A stretch of DNA of 64,000 bases from Fimicolochytrium jonesii (taxonomy: Eukaryota). Both the position numbers and the translations under genes were made by a program. The stretch is taken from NCBI RefSeq assembly GCF_025526975.1, contig NW_026515669.1, positions 248,001 to 312,000 on the forward strand. The letters are read 5' to 3'. Positions 12,155 to 25,587 of this stretch are shown one piece after another. Numbering within the stretch: position 1 is the stretch's first letter; the number at the start of each line of letters is the position of its first letter. Under the pieces are notes generated by a model. That model ran no database searches and was not told the DNA's origin. It saw only the letters and a program-made list of their open reading frames with translations.

Positions 12155-15100
12155 ATGGCGCAAACCATTGGCCCCGAGGGCTTGTCTCCAGAGGTCTTGA
12201 GCCAACTGGCAACGGTTTTGTTGCAGCTGTCTAGCGCAGACAATGCCGTTCGTACTGCCGCCGAAGCCCAGTTGAACCAGCAGCTCACCGCTCAATGTGC
12301 CCTACTTTTGTCTGCTCTGGCCAACCTTACCAAGCATCACCAGGACCAGCACGTGAGTCTGCCTTTCAGGGACTCTTCCCATTGTCCCATTGAATAAATC
12401 CTGAAACCATGTCAATGCAGCTCCGTTCGTTTGCGGCGGTCCTCTTGCGTCGCTTGGCTTTGAAAACTGCAGCCGGTGCTCCTGACGATGCTTCGTACTA
12501 TGTTTGGATCGGTGAGCCGACCAGGCAATACATCCAGACGGAGCTTCTATCAGCGTTGCGCGATGAGCAGGCTTCTAGCACTCGACGAAAGGTTGCGGAC
12601 ACCATTGCGGAGCTGGGCAAGCACATGCTTGCTAAAGGAAGTACGATCTATTCCAGGTTTTGCCCTTTCCATAAACCTGGATTCTGCTCACACTCAGTCA
12701 AATCAGGTACCTGGAATGAACTCCTACACGCCATCTTCGAATGTGGCAGATCTCCCGCTGCCGACCACAGAGTGAGCGCTTTCCAGATTGTCGCCCAGGT
12801 ACCGGGCCTCATCTCCGACACGGACAGCAATGCGATGAAAAGGTTCCTTGGAAGTGGACTGCAAGACGCCGCCACAGAGGTAGGCTTCCCTTGTGAGCAA
12901 GAAGATTGAGAGCGCGAGATTGAATTTCTGTTTTCATCTAGGTGAAATTGGAGAGTTTGCACGCCAGCGTCGCATATCTTCTGGAACTGGATGGCCCGCA
13001 GACAAACCCTTTCAGAGACTTTGTGCCAGAGATCTTGAATGTATGTTTCGCATTGTTTTGAACAATCATCTCGAGAATGAAACACGTTTACGAACGCAAT
13101 AATGCAGGTTTTACCGGCTCTGAGCGGCGAAGAACAAGACGTGGAAACTGCTCTTGGATACTTGATCGAGCTGGCGGACATACATCCGAAACTACTCCGC
13201 CCATTGGTTCCGCAAATAGTCCAATACAGCACTGGCTTGATGACAAATGATGGTCTCGAACTTTCGACCCGTCAATCAGCTTTGGAGCTGCTCATGACTC
13301 TGTCGGAGGCTGCGCCTGCAATGATGAGGAAGAACCCGCAGTTCTGTCAAACCCTGGTCCCCATTCTCCTGGATTGGATGTCCCACTTGGAGGAGAACGA
13401 GAAGTGGTTTGATTCTGAGGACGAGGAAGATGAGGACGATGATGGAGATGACATTATCGCGGGAGAAGCTTTGGATCGTTTGGCCCGTGCTCTTGGGGGC
13501 AAAACTGTATTGCCGGTCACTTTCACCCTGATTCCTTCAATGCTGGCCAATGAGGATTGGCGAAAGAGACACGCCGCTATGATGACAATCTCCGCCATCG
13601 CCGAAGGATGCGCGAAGATCATGGAGGCTGAGCTGGCCACGGTTCTGCAGCTGCTCACACCTCACCTCCGCGACCCTCACGCACGAGTGCAGTGGGCAAC
13701 CTGCAATGCACTTGGACAAATGAGCTCGGACTTTGCTGTAAGGAAACCTAAGTTGCACGCATACCTTTCTGCGATCCGTCATATCTTACATCCACACAAC
13801 AGCCAACCATGCAAACCAAGTATGCCGATGTGGTTCTGACGAACTTGATACCCATTTTGGACTTCAAGGACTGCCCCAGGTGGGTGTTTGTCACGCCATG
13901 CATTTGTTTCGGGGGTTGACATTGACCTGTTCAATTGCAGAGTACAAGCTCACGCTGCGGCCGCGTTGGTGAACTTCTGCCAAGAAGTTGAGAAAGACGT
14001 TATTGCCCCATACTTGCAACCCATCTTCGAAAAGTTGTTGATTTTGTTGAACACTGGCAAGATCTACGTCCAGGAGCAAGCCATCACATCTATCGCAACC
14101 GTGGCTGACAGTGCGGGCGATCATTTTGTCAACTACTATCCGGCGATCATGCCTCTACTTCTCAATGTCTTGCGACAAGCTACCTCGAAAGAGTTCCGGC
14201 TTCTCCGCGGAAAAGCTATCGAATGTGCATCTCTTATCGCTTTGGCCGTCGGAAAGGAAGTCTTCGCAGCTGATGCTGCTCAGTTCATCGAGCTTCTGCG
14301 TATCACACAGGAGTCTATCACGGACGCGGATGACCCTCAGAGCTCGTACCTCCTCGCGGCCTGGGCCCGTCTGTGCAAGGTCATGGAAGCGGACTTTGTG
14401 CCTTATCTCGACTTTGTCCTACCGCCACTCCTCAAGAGCGCACAACTGAAGCCCGATTTCGCATTGATTGACGCCGATGAGGACGAGGAGGCTCTGAGAG
14501 AAAAGTACGACGAAGACTGGGAGATGCTCGTTGTCGATGGCCAGCGCCTTTGCATCCGCACCACGGTGTTGGAAGAGAAATGCACAGCCGTGGAAATGTT
14601 GATCTGCTACGCCAGGGAACTCGGCGCTGGTTTCGCGCCCCATGTCGAGAAGGTCATGTCCATAGTAGTGCCTCTCCTGAAGTTCTACTTCCATGAAGGC
14701 GTCCGTCACGCTGCTGCGGGCGTCATTCCCTTGCTGTTCACTTCGATCATCAAGGCACAAGTCTGTAAGTCGTCAATACGCCCGTCAATGATGCCAGGTC
14801 TCCCTGCTGGTAGCTGATCTTGCCTCTCTCGTATAGCTCCAGCGCACTTCAATGTTCCAGCCGTCTGGAATATGGTGCTCACCAGTATTATCGAATGCAT
14901 TCAAGACGAAGTTGACAGCTCCTTCCTTGCTCAGCTCTACACAACAACGCAGGAGGTAGAGTGGGGGCTCAGCATGCATGAGTTGTCCTCGCGAACTTTA
15001 CTCATGCCATCCACCGTTGCTTGTAAATGTTTTTAGACTTTGGAGATTCTTGGCCCCAACAGTACTGGCGACGACCTCCGATCCGCATTCGTTGTGGCAA

Positions 15101-16361
15101 CAACGGGTCAGTTGAAGGGGTACTTCGAAAGGACCTCTGAAAGGAATGGTACGTCTAGTTTTGTCACGCTGTGGAGTCGGGGCGCGGGATGCAAATCGAG
15201 GAGCCTAAAAGAGGTCGACGGATTGTGTGGGTAACCATGCAGCTCTCCCTGATTGATGCGGCGTTTTACATTACACTTGAACTGATGCCCCATTGTTTGA
15301 GTGGAACATCGGTGATTCCTGGGAAAAGCCCAACTAACGGTTGTCTTCCCTACGATAGAATACCGTCAAGATGCCGATCACGACGCTGAAGACGAGGAAG
15401 CCCTGCAGAACGAGGAAGAGACGGATGATGCCTTCCTGGCGGAGCTAGCGTCTGCTTTGCAGCAGTTTTTCATACAGCATCGGGAGGCGTTCCTCCCTCA
15501 GTTTGACCAATTGGCACCCTATGTGCACACCTTCCTGGTGAGTGTAGAATTACGTTAAGGGATCGCTTACGTGAGTCTAACTGTTGCATATTTTTCAGAC
15601 AAGCAACCAGACCGCAATGCGCCAATGGGCCCTCCTCGTCTACGATGATGTGATTGAGTACGCCAGCCCCGCATCTGCACGGTATCAAGCTCAATTCTGG
15701 GAGCAACTCGCCAAATGCGTGGTCGACCCCGCTCCGGAAATCAGGCAAGCAGCCGCCTACGGTGTCGGTATCGCCGCGCAAGTAGGAGGCCCGGCATATG
15801 TTCAGGGTGTTGCCGCTGCTATTCCCAGCCTGTTTGCAGTCATCAACGCGCCCGGTTCACGCGATGAGGGCAATGTCATTCCCACAGAGAATGCGATTTC
15901 CGCTGTGGGCAAGATTTGCCACCACATGGGACAGTCTGGTGCTTTTGACGTCAACCAGGTTTTGAGCGCGTGGGTCGCTGCTCTGCCTATCACGGAGGAC
16001 ACAGATGAGGGACCTGCCACTTACTCGTACCTTCTGGAGCTGCTGCAACAGTACGTCAAAATACCGTTCGTTTCATTTGTACCGCATCATGATGTCTTGA
16101 GTCCTCATGCACTTCATCCATTGCAGAAATCACCCCTCCATCCTCGGCCCCAACAACGCTAACCTCCCCAAAGTCGGGCTCATCCTTGCCGAAGCCCTTG
16201 CAGTAAACGACATGCTGGGCGACAAGCCCGAACTCACCGTCAGCGTTGTCGGCACCCTCCGCCAGCTCATGAGCAACTCTGACGCGTCCGTTCGCGAGCA
16301 AATCTGGAACAATCTCACACCGGAGAAGCGGAAAGTCCTGGTCAACAAGGGCTACGTATGA
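12155..16361 (+). CDS. PSE1: Importin-5 / karyopherin beta-3 (Kap121/Pse1), HEAT repeats, multi-exon
   Basis: 'LSSADNAVRTAAE', 'RSFAAVLLRR', 'ALDRLARALGGK', 'RVQAHAAAALVNF', 'RLLRGKAIECASLIALAVGKE', 'IRTTVLEEKCTAVEML', 'LKFYFHEGVR', 'TENAISAVGKI'. Confidence 0.95.
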
Positions 16362-16755
16362 CGCCCAAAGAAGTGACGCGACACCACATTTTACTCCCTG
16401 CCATCTCATAGCGACTCATCCTCGATCAACCACACCCTCATCCCTTCTTCCCGTTCTCGGCCTTGTTCCTTGTAGCCTATGTTGATCTCATCTAATCGTC
16501 CGGTTTCGCTTACGCATCGCCGTATATGTAGACTTGTCCGATCGAACTGTTTTGTATAAGTAGCATCGGTCCGTAGTTTCTTTTTCTTGATTATGGAACC
16601 CATCTCAACTTTTGTCTTCTTATGAAAGGCAGTGAGCATGCTCATGCACTTCTCAATCACTTTGAGGGTATGAAATAAACAGCTCATACGCCGCCAGAAC
16701 GAGAGATGTACGAGATGCGCAAGGACACACCGAGAACCCAAATGCGCTCCTCCCA

Positions 16756-19700
16756 CTAGCCCGCCGAGTCATCCTGCGGCAGATACCTATATGAGTTCGA
16801 GCTAGCCCTAAGACCCCGCAACAGCGCCGGGCTAAGCGACATGGACTCGCGTCGGTCGCTATCCCTTACGCGATCGCGCTGCTGTGCGATGACGAGATTG
16901 TTTTCGGATCGCGAGGAGAGTGCGTTAGCGGCTTGCATGCGCTGGGTGGTAGCTGCGGCGGCGGCGGTGGCAGAGAGACTATTATCTATGGTGGAACCTG
17001 GAGCGTGCGAAGACCGGCGCCGTTTGCGTTTCTTTTTAGCGCTGTTAGAGCGGGAGACGGGGCTTGTTGGTTCGTCGTCCATTCTGTGAGATATACGAGG
17101 TGGAATCTCAAATGTAAGTCTCTGAGCCATTTGGCATCGTCCCGCATCGAAGATCGTACCTGGTTGGGCTTGGACAGGGCGTAACATCTAGCACCGACGT
17201 GTTAAGCTCGGCGTCCTCTGCTTCACCCGCCTGACGCTTCTCGATTTGCCCACATGGCACTACTGGGGGTGGAGTCTCAGTCCGCAACGGCGGTATCATC
17301 GCGACCTCGGGATGTATCCTCACAGCCAGCTTCTCCGGGTGCGTTCCAGGCGCAGTCGTCGATGTGATCTTGCCTGCTGTGTCTTCCCTCGGCTTTGTAG
17401 GCTCGTTTGGGATGAGGGATGCCGTGGAGACTTGTCTTGACGGCGGTGGTGGTTGCTGCTTTACAGCTGGCTTCCTTTTCCGGAACGAGATCATGGCGAA
17501 AAGGTTGGACAGAATCCAGCCGAGCGCGAAGGCAATGACTGTGATGAGAGCTTGAACCCCTATTTGGCGAGGGATCTGTGGACAGCTTGCGGTTTGAGAG
17601 GACACTCGGTGATTCAATACAGTATGACCGCCTGAGACTCTACCTGCTTTTCTAATACGGTGATCAAACGATCGACTTCAGCGATCTTGTCGCCCGCGTC
17701 CCGCTTCTGAGATTCGATCTCCGAGAACATATGTGACCAGGACGTAGTATACTCTGCATGCTGTTAATCCAATCCATGAACAAAGCTTTAGAAAGGACTT
17801 ACGCGGTGAATCATGGAGAGTAACTAGCCACTCACCAATTCATTGAAGATCCCATACAACGTGCGATTGAAGTGCGTAAACAGACTATCGAATCTCTCCC
17901 GCTCTCTCACCGCCGAGTGCCCGAAAATCTCATTGAGTGCTTTGCTTTGTTCCTCCAGGAATGCGTATGACAACGTGGCGTTGCGTTCCAAGACGGCGAG
18001 TCGTTTCATAATGGTCTTGAAGATGCTTTCTTGTGTGCCGCCCCCGGCGCTTCCGCCAGGGCTGGGGATGCCGCTATGTCCGCCATTGTTGATACTGCCT
18101 TGAGCACTCGCGCCGGAATACATATTCGCGTTTCCGTTCGGAATGGCAGGTAAACTCTGAGATGTGGTCGGTGCGCTGTCCTTTGGTTCGGTCAAAGAGG
18201 ATAGACGATCTTCCACACTGCGCGTCACTGATGCTTCCGATGGCGTGCTTTTGGTCACCGCCTCCATCGCGGTATTTGTTGCACTACTCCGCTTAGCCCA
18301 GCCTGAGGCGTCATTTGCCGCCTCCCCTTGCTCTCTGGACCCCATAATGGCATAAAACCTCTCCGGAACAATGATTTTCAGATCAGCATTCGATGATTCC
18401 ACCGCCGCTCGGCCTGCGGCCTCGTTGAACGGCGTCGCTGACAAAGGAAGTTCCATTGGTGCGCCACTGGGCTTTGGCGGAATGGATGTAGAACGACCCC
18501 AGTCAAATACTCGAGGCGGTTGTAACGCTGGAGAATGTGCGCGAGATCGCTGCTCGCTTTGCGCGAGAGTGGGAAAGCGGAGTAGTGAATTCATTGTAGT
18601 TTGCTGGTCTTCCAAAGCTGCGGCTACTGCGGCAGCAATGCGAGGTGGAGTCAGGAGGGGCGGTTTGGGCACTTCGAGGGTAGCAGCGCTTTCCGCGACG
18701 ATCGCCGTTTCGCTCTCGGCGGCGGAGGACGCCTTTTTGTCCTCCTCCGCTTTGACTTCCTCCATCATGGTTGTCCCGTATACTCTAAGCATACTCAACG
18801 GACAATAGTACTCATGACCGTATTCAGATAAAAAGGTGATGCGAAGGTATCGAGCCCAGATTCGTGGGTTCTCTACAGTGAAGTACTAGCAGGGAGATTG
18901 CGTAAGTAAGTGCCTTGCCAGCTTATGTAGGAGAAGCCACAATTATGCATCAGATTCATGTGTTTGTACCTGGAAATCCCGGACATCTTTCGCGCGGAAA
19001 ACGCCCAACGCGGTCCATTCGTTGTTCTTTGGAGGATACCTGTCGCTCACATCCAACCTAAAGTCCTTGAACATGGAACTGAAGAACTCAAAGTTGGCGA
19101 GCATGACGGTATCCACCAAGATATCTTCGCACAGCTCCACCGTAACAAATCGGTCAGCCGTGCATTTGTTCAGCATGTAAGCATCTTTGTTTTTATGCAA
19201 AATGGATGTTGCAGAGCTGGCCTCAGGATTCTGTGCAAGGATAAGAGCGCCGCAATCGAAGGAGGCGAAATTGAAGCGCCCTGACGTAGGTTTCCGTATT
19301 ATCGACGTGGGTGGAGGGACATCCGGAGTGGCAGAGGGAATAGTGGTTGAAGACGCGGATTCCTCGAAAGAGGTTGCCTGCTCACCGGGCCCTGTGTTAG
19401 CCGTTGACCTAGCAATCTCTGTCGATGTGGAAGTGGCAGAGGCTGCTGAAGAAGTCTTCAGGGTTGGTAAGGCGGAGGGCGCCTGAGATGCAACGGATGT
19501 TTCGATGATGTCGGCTTTCGCCTCTGGATCTGCTGACGACTCGAATTGCTCACGTTCACTTTGGGATCGTATCTCTTTTCCCGTCACTTCTGCAGAATCC
19601 GTAGACACGAACATCACTTCGATCGCTGGTGTGGGCAGTGGTGCGAACGTTGACGCCAACGGTTCGTCCCGTTTCACATGTAGCTCGGCGCTTGAAGGTG

Positions 19701-20298
19701 GAGGCACCCATATTGGCGTGGGCAGTATGTAGCCATGCAAAGTCGATTCGGAAGTTGATGAGGACTGCAAGATTTCACTGTCTCCATCAGTGTTGCACTC
19801 TTCACAGGCTGAGGATCCGACTATGGAGCGCCCAGAACTCAGGTTCGACCAGAGGGTGGGATTCGGCGGAGCGTCGAAAATAGGTAGCTCGGGGGTTGAG
19901 TCAAGTCTCGTAGTTTCAGAGACCAAGACACTTTTTATCCCCTCGGTTGGTGATCCCACCACCTTTCCAAGATCGTCGTCCGTTCGCGGTGTCTCGATGA
20001 CTTGCGGAGAGACAGACACCCCAAGAATGGCAGTCTCCTGCGCCGCTGGCCTCACATTCGAGCTGAGAGAAGGTACTGCTCCCTGTGCACAAGCGTCTGG
20101 TTGCTGCTCCAGGCAGGTATCACGCTCCCGTATCGGAGGGCACACTTCCTCGAAGGCTGTGTCGGAGCTGGCGGCCAGAGTTCTTGACGGCGCACCCACA
20201 TAGAGCAAGCATAGAAGGTGTAAGTTTGGCGGCACCGACAAAAGCTTTCCCAGTGAGAAGACCGGCAGATGGTCATTAGCAGGCTTTCGACGTGCCAT
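16756..20298 (-). CDS. SLP1: Mid-SUN domain ER membrane protein (Slp1/SUCO family)
   Basis: 'RFNFASFDCGALILAQNPEASSATSILHKNKDAYMLNKC...VELCEDILVDTVMLANFEFFSSMFKDF...RYP'; 'QESIFKTIMKRLAVLERNATLSYAFLEEQS'; late TM helix 'ALITVIAFALGWILSNLFAMI'. Start codon approximate. Confidence 0.9.
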
Positions 20299-20960
20299 TG
20301 GAGATGTAGCACTGTGTGCGTGTGTCAAGATCTGTCCCGGGATCACTGCTGTCGCATAGCCATTCGGAAGCACACTCCACAATCAGCCAAATTCGACAGC
20401 GCGCCGGAAACGAAGCGTTCCGCTCACGAATGACGGTTTTCAGCAGGCTTTTAAAGTTCCACCCATCCCTGCGATACATATACAATCCCGAAACCCCACT
20501 AAATATTCTGTGCCTTACTGGCTTGCGCTAAGGCGCATAGGTGCTACGGTGCATGAGGCTCAATAAGCAAGCGTCAAAATAAACGGCAGCCAACCGGAGG
20601 GCACGCCCCACTCAACATGTCCTTCGCGCCTGCCTAATGCGGCGTCTTCGAAAAGAAGCGCTTAATATGATACATAAAAGAGAAAAACTACTTGATTCTA
20701 ACCACCGGTTCTTCTTCGTTTTTATTTTTTCATTTGGGGCGCTGGTTTGGGGCGCTGAGCATGGGCGCGAATACGGGTTGGGCTGTTACGGTCTCTACGA
20801 ACTCGGTCCATGAAGCTTTCCTCTGGGAGATACAAGTCATTCTCCTCCCAGGTTTCTCAAGGCCCATCAACTTCACGCACTAAACAGTGACATCCTATCC
20901 ACTTCGTTGTGCCTCACCCATGCCAGTTGTAGTTCTTGAAAGTTAAGCATTCTGGACAAA

Positions 20961-22414
20961 ATGCAGATACCATCAGTAGGCTGCCACGTCCAGCCCTGGG
21001 AACGTTCCGTCCACATCCCCTCCGTATTTGGGATTTCTCGTAAGCTACGATGCAAATCCCCACCCTGTACCCTACTTTCTCACCCTCCCCACTCATGAAG
21101 CCCTTGATACCATCTCACTCACATACAGCGGGAATATGCCATGAACTCGCATGGGAAGCCGCCTACCAACGCAAGGCCACTTCTACCGCGGAAGACGCCC
21201 GCATCACCGTCCCGGGAGCCCGCGCACAGCCGGTGGGGCCACCACACAAGCTCGCGGCTGCTGAGGCTGCTCGGAACCGCCCGCCACCCACCCACAACGA
21301 TGATAATCCTGTCCTTGAACCAAAGCCGCCCCCAGTTAGACGCCAACAACGGCCCGATTCAGGCCGCACGGCGCGGAAGTTGTATCGCCCGGCAAAAGAA
21401 AAGGCGGAGGAGAGGGAGCGGAGACCGCCGGCGGGGCTGGCGGGGCCGATGAGGGCGGTCAATCCTGGGACAAGGGTGGGTGGATGGGTTGGGCTGCTTG
21501 CTGGGGAGGCGGGCCCGGCTCAGCATATTGCTAGGACGGTGGACGACGAGCTCGTACTTCCCAAACTTGTTGGTCGAAACAACGCCCAGGTGCAAGGCGC
21601 TCCTTATGATTATGACCGCCGGCAGCAGCAACAGCAGGCGAATGATGGGAATGCGATCCATCCGCCCCCGCGCCCTACAACCTCGAGATCCCGTACTCTC
21701 ACCCGGGCCAGAATCAACGATCCCAACGGCCTCGTCCGCTCCGGCACCGCGCAGTTAAGCGACCTGAAAAATATTTACATATCGCAACAGACCTCTTGGC
21801 GGAAGTACGGCGGTGATACGCACCAAGGCCGCTCTAGCAACCGCCAGCCGGAACCCCAATGGACCGAGACGACCCACAGGAGTATGCCGTCGTATACGTA
21901 CAGCGGGAACACGCCGTCGTTGTTCAGCATTGATCCGAATGCGAGCGTTTCGGTCCTGAATGCGGCGCTCCCGAGGGCTGTGGTGCCCGAAACTCCGAGT
22001 CAGAACTATTCTTCAGGTGCGGGTGCACATTATCAAACTCAGCCCCAATACGCATTAACCAACGGGACCGGTAACGCACTATACATCGCCAACCAACATA
22101 CCCACAACCGACCTCACGCTCTGCTCACCTCCGAATCGCCCAACCTCGCCCTCCAGCAAATGGACACCCGCAAGCTCCTAGAAGAGCCCTACAGCCCCAA
22201 TCTGATGCGGACGAGTTACCAGGACGCTTATGGTATCTTTGGCGGGCTTGAGGAGTCGATTGGACAGGGCGGTGAGGCGGGGGGAAACAAGGCTTGGAGA
22301 AGAGATGCGAGTAAGAGTGAGAAGTTCATGGCGGCCATCCCGACTTGGGCATTGGCTGCGCCAAAGCATCTGTTGTTGAGTGCTGGGTCTGGTGAGTTTT
22401 GGTGTGTCTCGTAA
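20961..22414 (+). CDS. Uncharacterised low-complexity protein
   Basis: ATG 20961 exon splices (GTAAGC...ACAG) in phase into a 430-codon open frame. No recognisable domain; 3' end uncertain, possibly a further exon to about 22534. Confidence 0.55.
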
Positions 22415-23174
22415 AAGCATGTTTTGCAGGAACTGACTGCTTCATCTGTTTCCCATTGGGATGAAGACCACCTGGCGGCATACGCCACGGGAATCTCGCC
22501 AAAATCCCATTTTACTACCCGTCTTCATGAATAGATCAAAACCTGCATGGGATTATCGACAGCATAGGTTAGGCAGCGATGTAGGGCGCATTTGGAATAG
22601 AAGATTTTAGCACTGGAAAGGAGACTAGGGCTTGATGAATTTGAATACACATAATGAGAGAGAATGTGCAGACATGGGAAAACTGGGGAGATTGCAATCA
22701 TCCCTTACCGGTCAAACCTGCGCATTAACCTCGTTGCACTTGGGGCACATTTCTCTGCACAGCCTGGGTCGAATCAACCACTGCAGGAGCTCATTCCACC
22801 GCCGAGCGGCACGTTGTCGGACTGCGTGAGCTCCTGCTAGGTCGAACCTTGAAGAAAACTTGTTTACTGCAAGGTCTCGACGCAGCCCTCCCGATCCATT
22901 TCCGGATGAACCGAGAAGAACTTGATTCATTGTGATGTACTTATCATTCATTGACGAGAAAACCTCATATATATACTATGGTTTACCCAAGAAACCCCCG
23001 CAATCCCACTCTTACAAAGATAACTGCTCATACGCCAAAGACTGATGGGCAGCTCCGTCAAAGTCATTCGTATCTGGACGACTTGGAGAGGGATGCACAC
23101 TTTGCTAAGATCTAGAGTAAATGGACGAATGGTGACTGCTCCTGCCACAAATACTTTCGTGTACAAGAAGTTTC

Positions 23175-23219
23175 CTCTACTTACCCATACTCTACTTACC
23201 CATACTCTACTTACCCATA
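23175..23219. repeat. Perfect 15-bp tandem repeat (CTCTACTTACCCATA)x3
   Basis: Read directly from the sequence. Confidence 0.95.
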
Positions 23220-23299
23220 GGACGCCTGTATGCTTTTCTCCGCTGCCAGCCCACTTTCAGCCCCTTCCTTCTCACCCGCTCTGTCCCCGTCGTATTGCA

Positions 23300-24430
23300 C
23301 ACTTCGTAATGTCGCGCTCTGATTCCAAATATGAAATCATCGAATGCCTCATCGGCCAAACCTAACGCCAGGATGAGGGGGATGGGTCCAGGCCTGTATG
23401 CGCGTCGCTTTGACTGTAGAGTAAGGTTTTTTCACTGTTGTGGAAAGTAAAGGAAGAATAAGCAAAACTTGGCGTCTCGCAAGCTGCAAGCTATCTTGCT
23501 CTCTAACTTACAACTTCAAATCGTTCATCCTGTGCCCTTTCAAGTTCCAACGTTTCAGCATTACAAACACTAACTGTCTCGTCGACGACGGTAGCGCAAA
23601 TACGCAAATCCTGCGTGTTTCGTTGTTCGCTCAACGACAGAACTAAGTGGGTGGATTGGAGAGGAAAAGGCAAATAACATACCTTCCACTTCAACGCGTC
23701 CTTCTCGTGGGCATATGCTTGCGTTACGATCATCTTGACAGGTCGGCCTCCGCGTAGATGGCCTCCAAGAAAAGGAGGTGCGTCTGCGTTTGGACCTTGC
23801 CGCCGCGGCGACCTATTCGAGTGCGGCTGAGGTTGGGGTCGGTTCGGTACCACATCCTTTCTTCCCGCCTAAACACCACTCTTCCCTCCTCATTAAGATC
23901 CCCGAAACCCTCACCGCCCCTTCACGCGGCGTCGATGTTGTCGTTGTCGTTGTCATCGTTGTGGTCGCGGAAAACGCACTAGCAATTGGATGTTGATGCC
24001 GATGTCCCACTGAAATCTCATCGTTTCTCCCGCCGAAAGTCCACCCTCCTCCTCCTCGTTCGCCCCGACATCCTCACTTTCTCCGTCGTCTTTCCCAGCA
24101 CCATCCCCTTTGACCTCTTGTTGACCTGGAACACACGATTGCTGAATTGGAAAATGAATCCTACCGCTTGCTCCGCGTGTCCAGGCTCAACGTAACGGAC
24201 TGGGGCAGACCAGGCGCAACGTAAACGTATCCTTGGAGGACCAATGCATGAGGCCTCTGCAAAGCCTTCGCACAGCGTCGGATTCATTGCAAGTGATCCA
24301 TTGAATGCCGGTCAGATCCATGGCGGCGGCCATGGTCATCCCTTTGTAGTCAATCGGTACATGTTAAACGGAAAGTCGGCTATGTCGCAAGATAATCAAC
24401 ATCTTCGCCATTGGGCACGCGATGACGAAT
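23300..24430. pseudogene. Decayed coding/mobile-element remnant
   Basis: Protein-like fragments broken by stops on both strands, e.g. + 'MSRSDSKYEIIECLIGQT*RQDEGDGS' and - 'HVPIDYKGMTMAAAMDLTGIQWITCNESDAVRRLCRGLMHW' plus an acidic stretch. No intact ORF; adjacent to the 15-mer repeat. Confidence 0.3.
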
Positions 24431-25587
24431 CGACAATATTTTCCAAACGAAATTTGGGGGGCGGCTATGGCTGTTATATAGTCCTTGGAGTGGTGTGTTA
24501 TGTGTTATGACGGTATGTTTGTATGTTGATGGCGTGTTTATGGTTGCATTGCAGAAAGCAACTTTGAGCAGTTTTCCGCCGGGTTAAGAAGTCTCTCGGG
24601 ACTCTTGTATATACCGCCCCGCGCCATGGTTTCAGTCCCTGGTATTCGTAGCTTTCAACAATAGTGGGAAAAAGGATTCCCCCACTCCCAAGTGCATTTA
24701 CCCACTTGGCAGAAGACCATCGTACTTCTTATCCACACACCATAGGCCTCCGCTACTGCATCGGGCAGCAAGATAATATCCCAGGTAGTGTGTGCAAATC
24801 AACGAGGTCAACTGCTCGTTCCGAGGTGTTGAGACATTCACCATCTCGTCCAAAGCCGTACCCTTCTGGTAAGAAGGTGGCGTGCTTCGGCGCCGTCATA
24901 CCGTCTGTCTTTATCAAACGGAAAAGTGAGGCTACAGAAACCTCACGACATGACCGCCATCTTGGCCAAGGCCCTTTGATCATGACCACCGGTTGCCTTC
25001 GCGTCCGTAGCTCCCTGGTGCTTTAGCCTCGCGTATGGAAGGGCGATGCCGACCGCTGCCAACCTTGGATTCGTCGCTATTCAGGAAGCAAGAAGAGGCC
25101 AGTGGAGAGGTTCGGGGCGGGCCTTCGATGTGAAACCGACCTGGGGGCCATCTCGACGAGGAGGACCGCCATCATATAGACCGCGGGATTCTTTTAACTC
25201 ATTCGACCGCCACGTGACTCTGAATAAACTTAAAGGTCAAGCCTCTCTTCGGTGCGCTTGCGGCCAATTTGCGGCCGCCTGCATGATCCCGCAGGCCGTC
25301 GCGGTATTGCAGGTTCCGAGAGGCAAGGCCGGCAGGACAGGCTTAGCGTACAGCTACGGACATACTCATATTCGATAGATACCCACTGAGGAAGTAGTAG
25401 TTAGTCTCTACGGCGAGCGTCTGGAACTTCGGGTAGAAAAGCAGTTCTGTGTCAGAGAAGAGGCCCCGTATCGAGTTGTCACATTTCGAACGACCTGCAA
25501 TCCTCCCGCTCTTCAATTCTTTCGACCGCTGTGCGCTCGAGGTAGTGGAAAGGAAGCCGTTAGTACATACGTGGAGGAGAGCACGTC

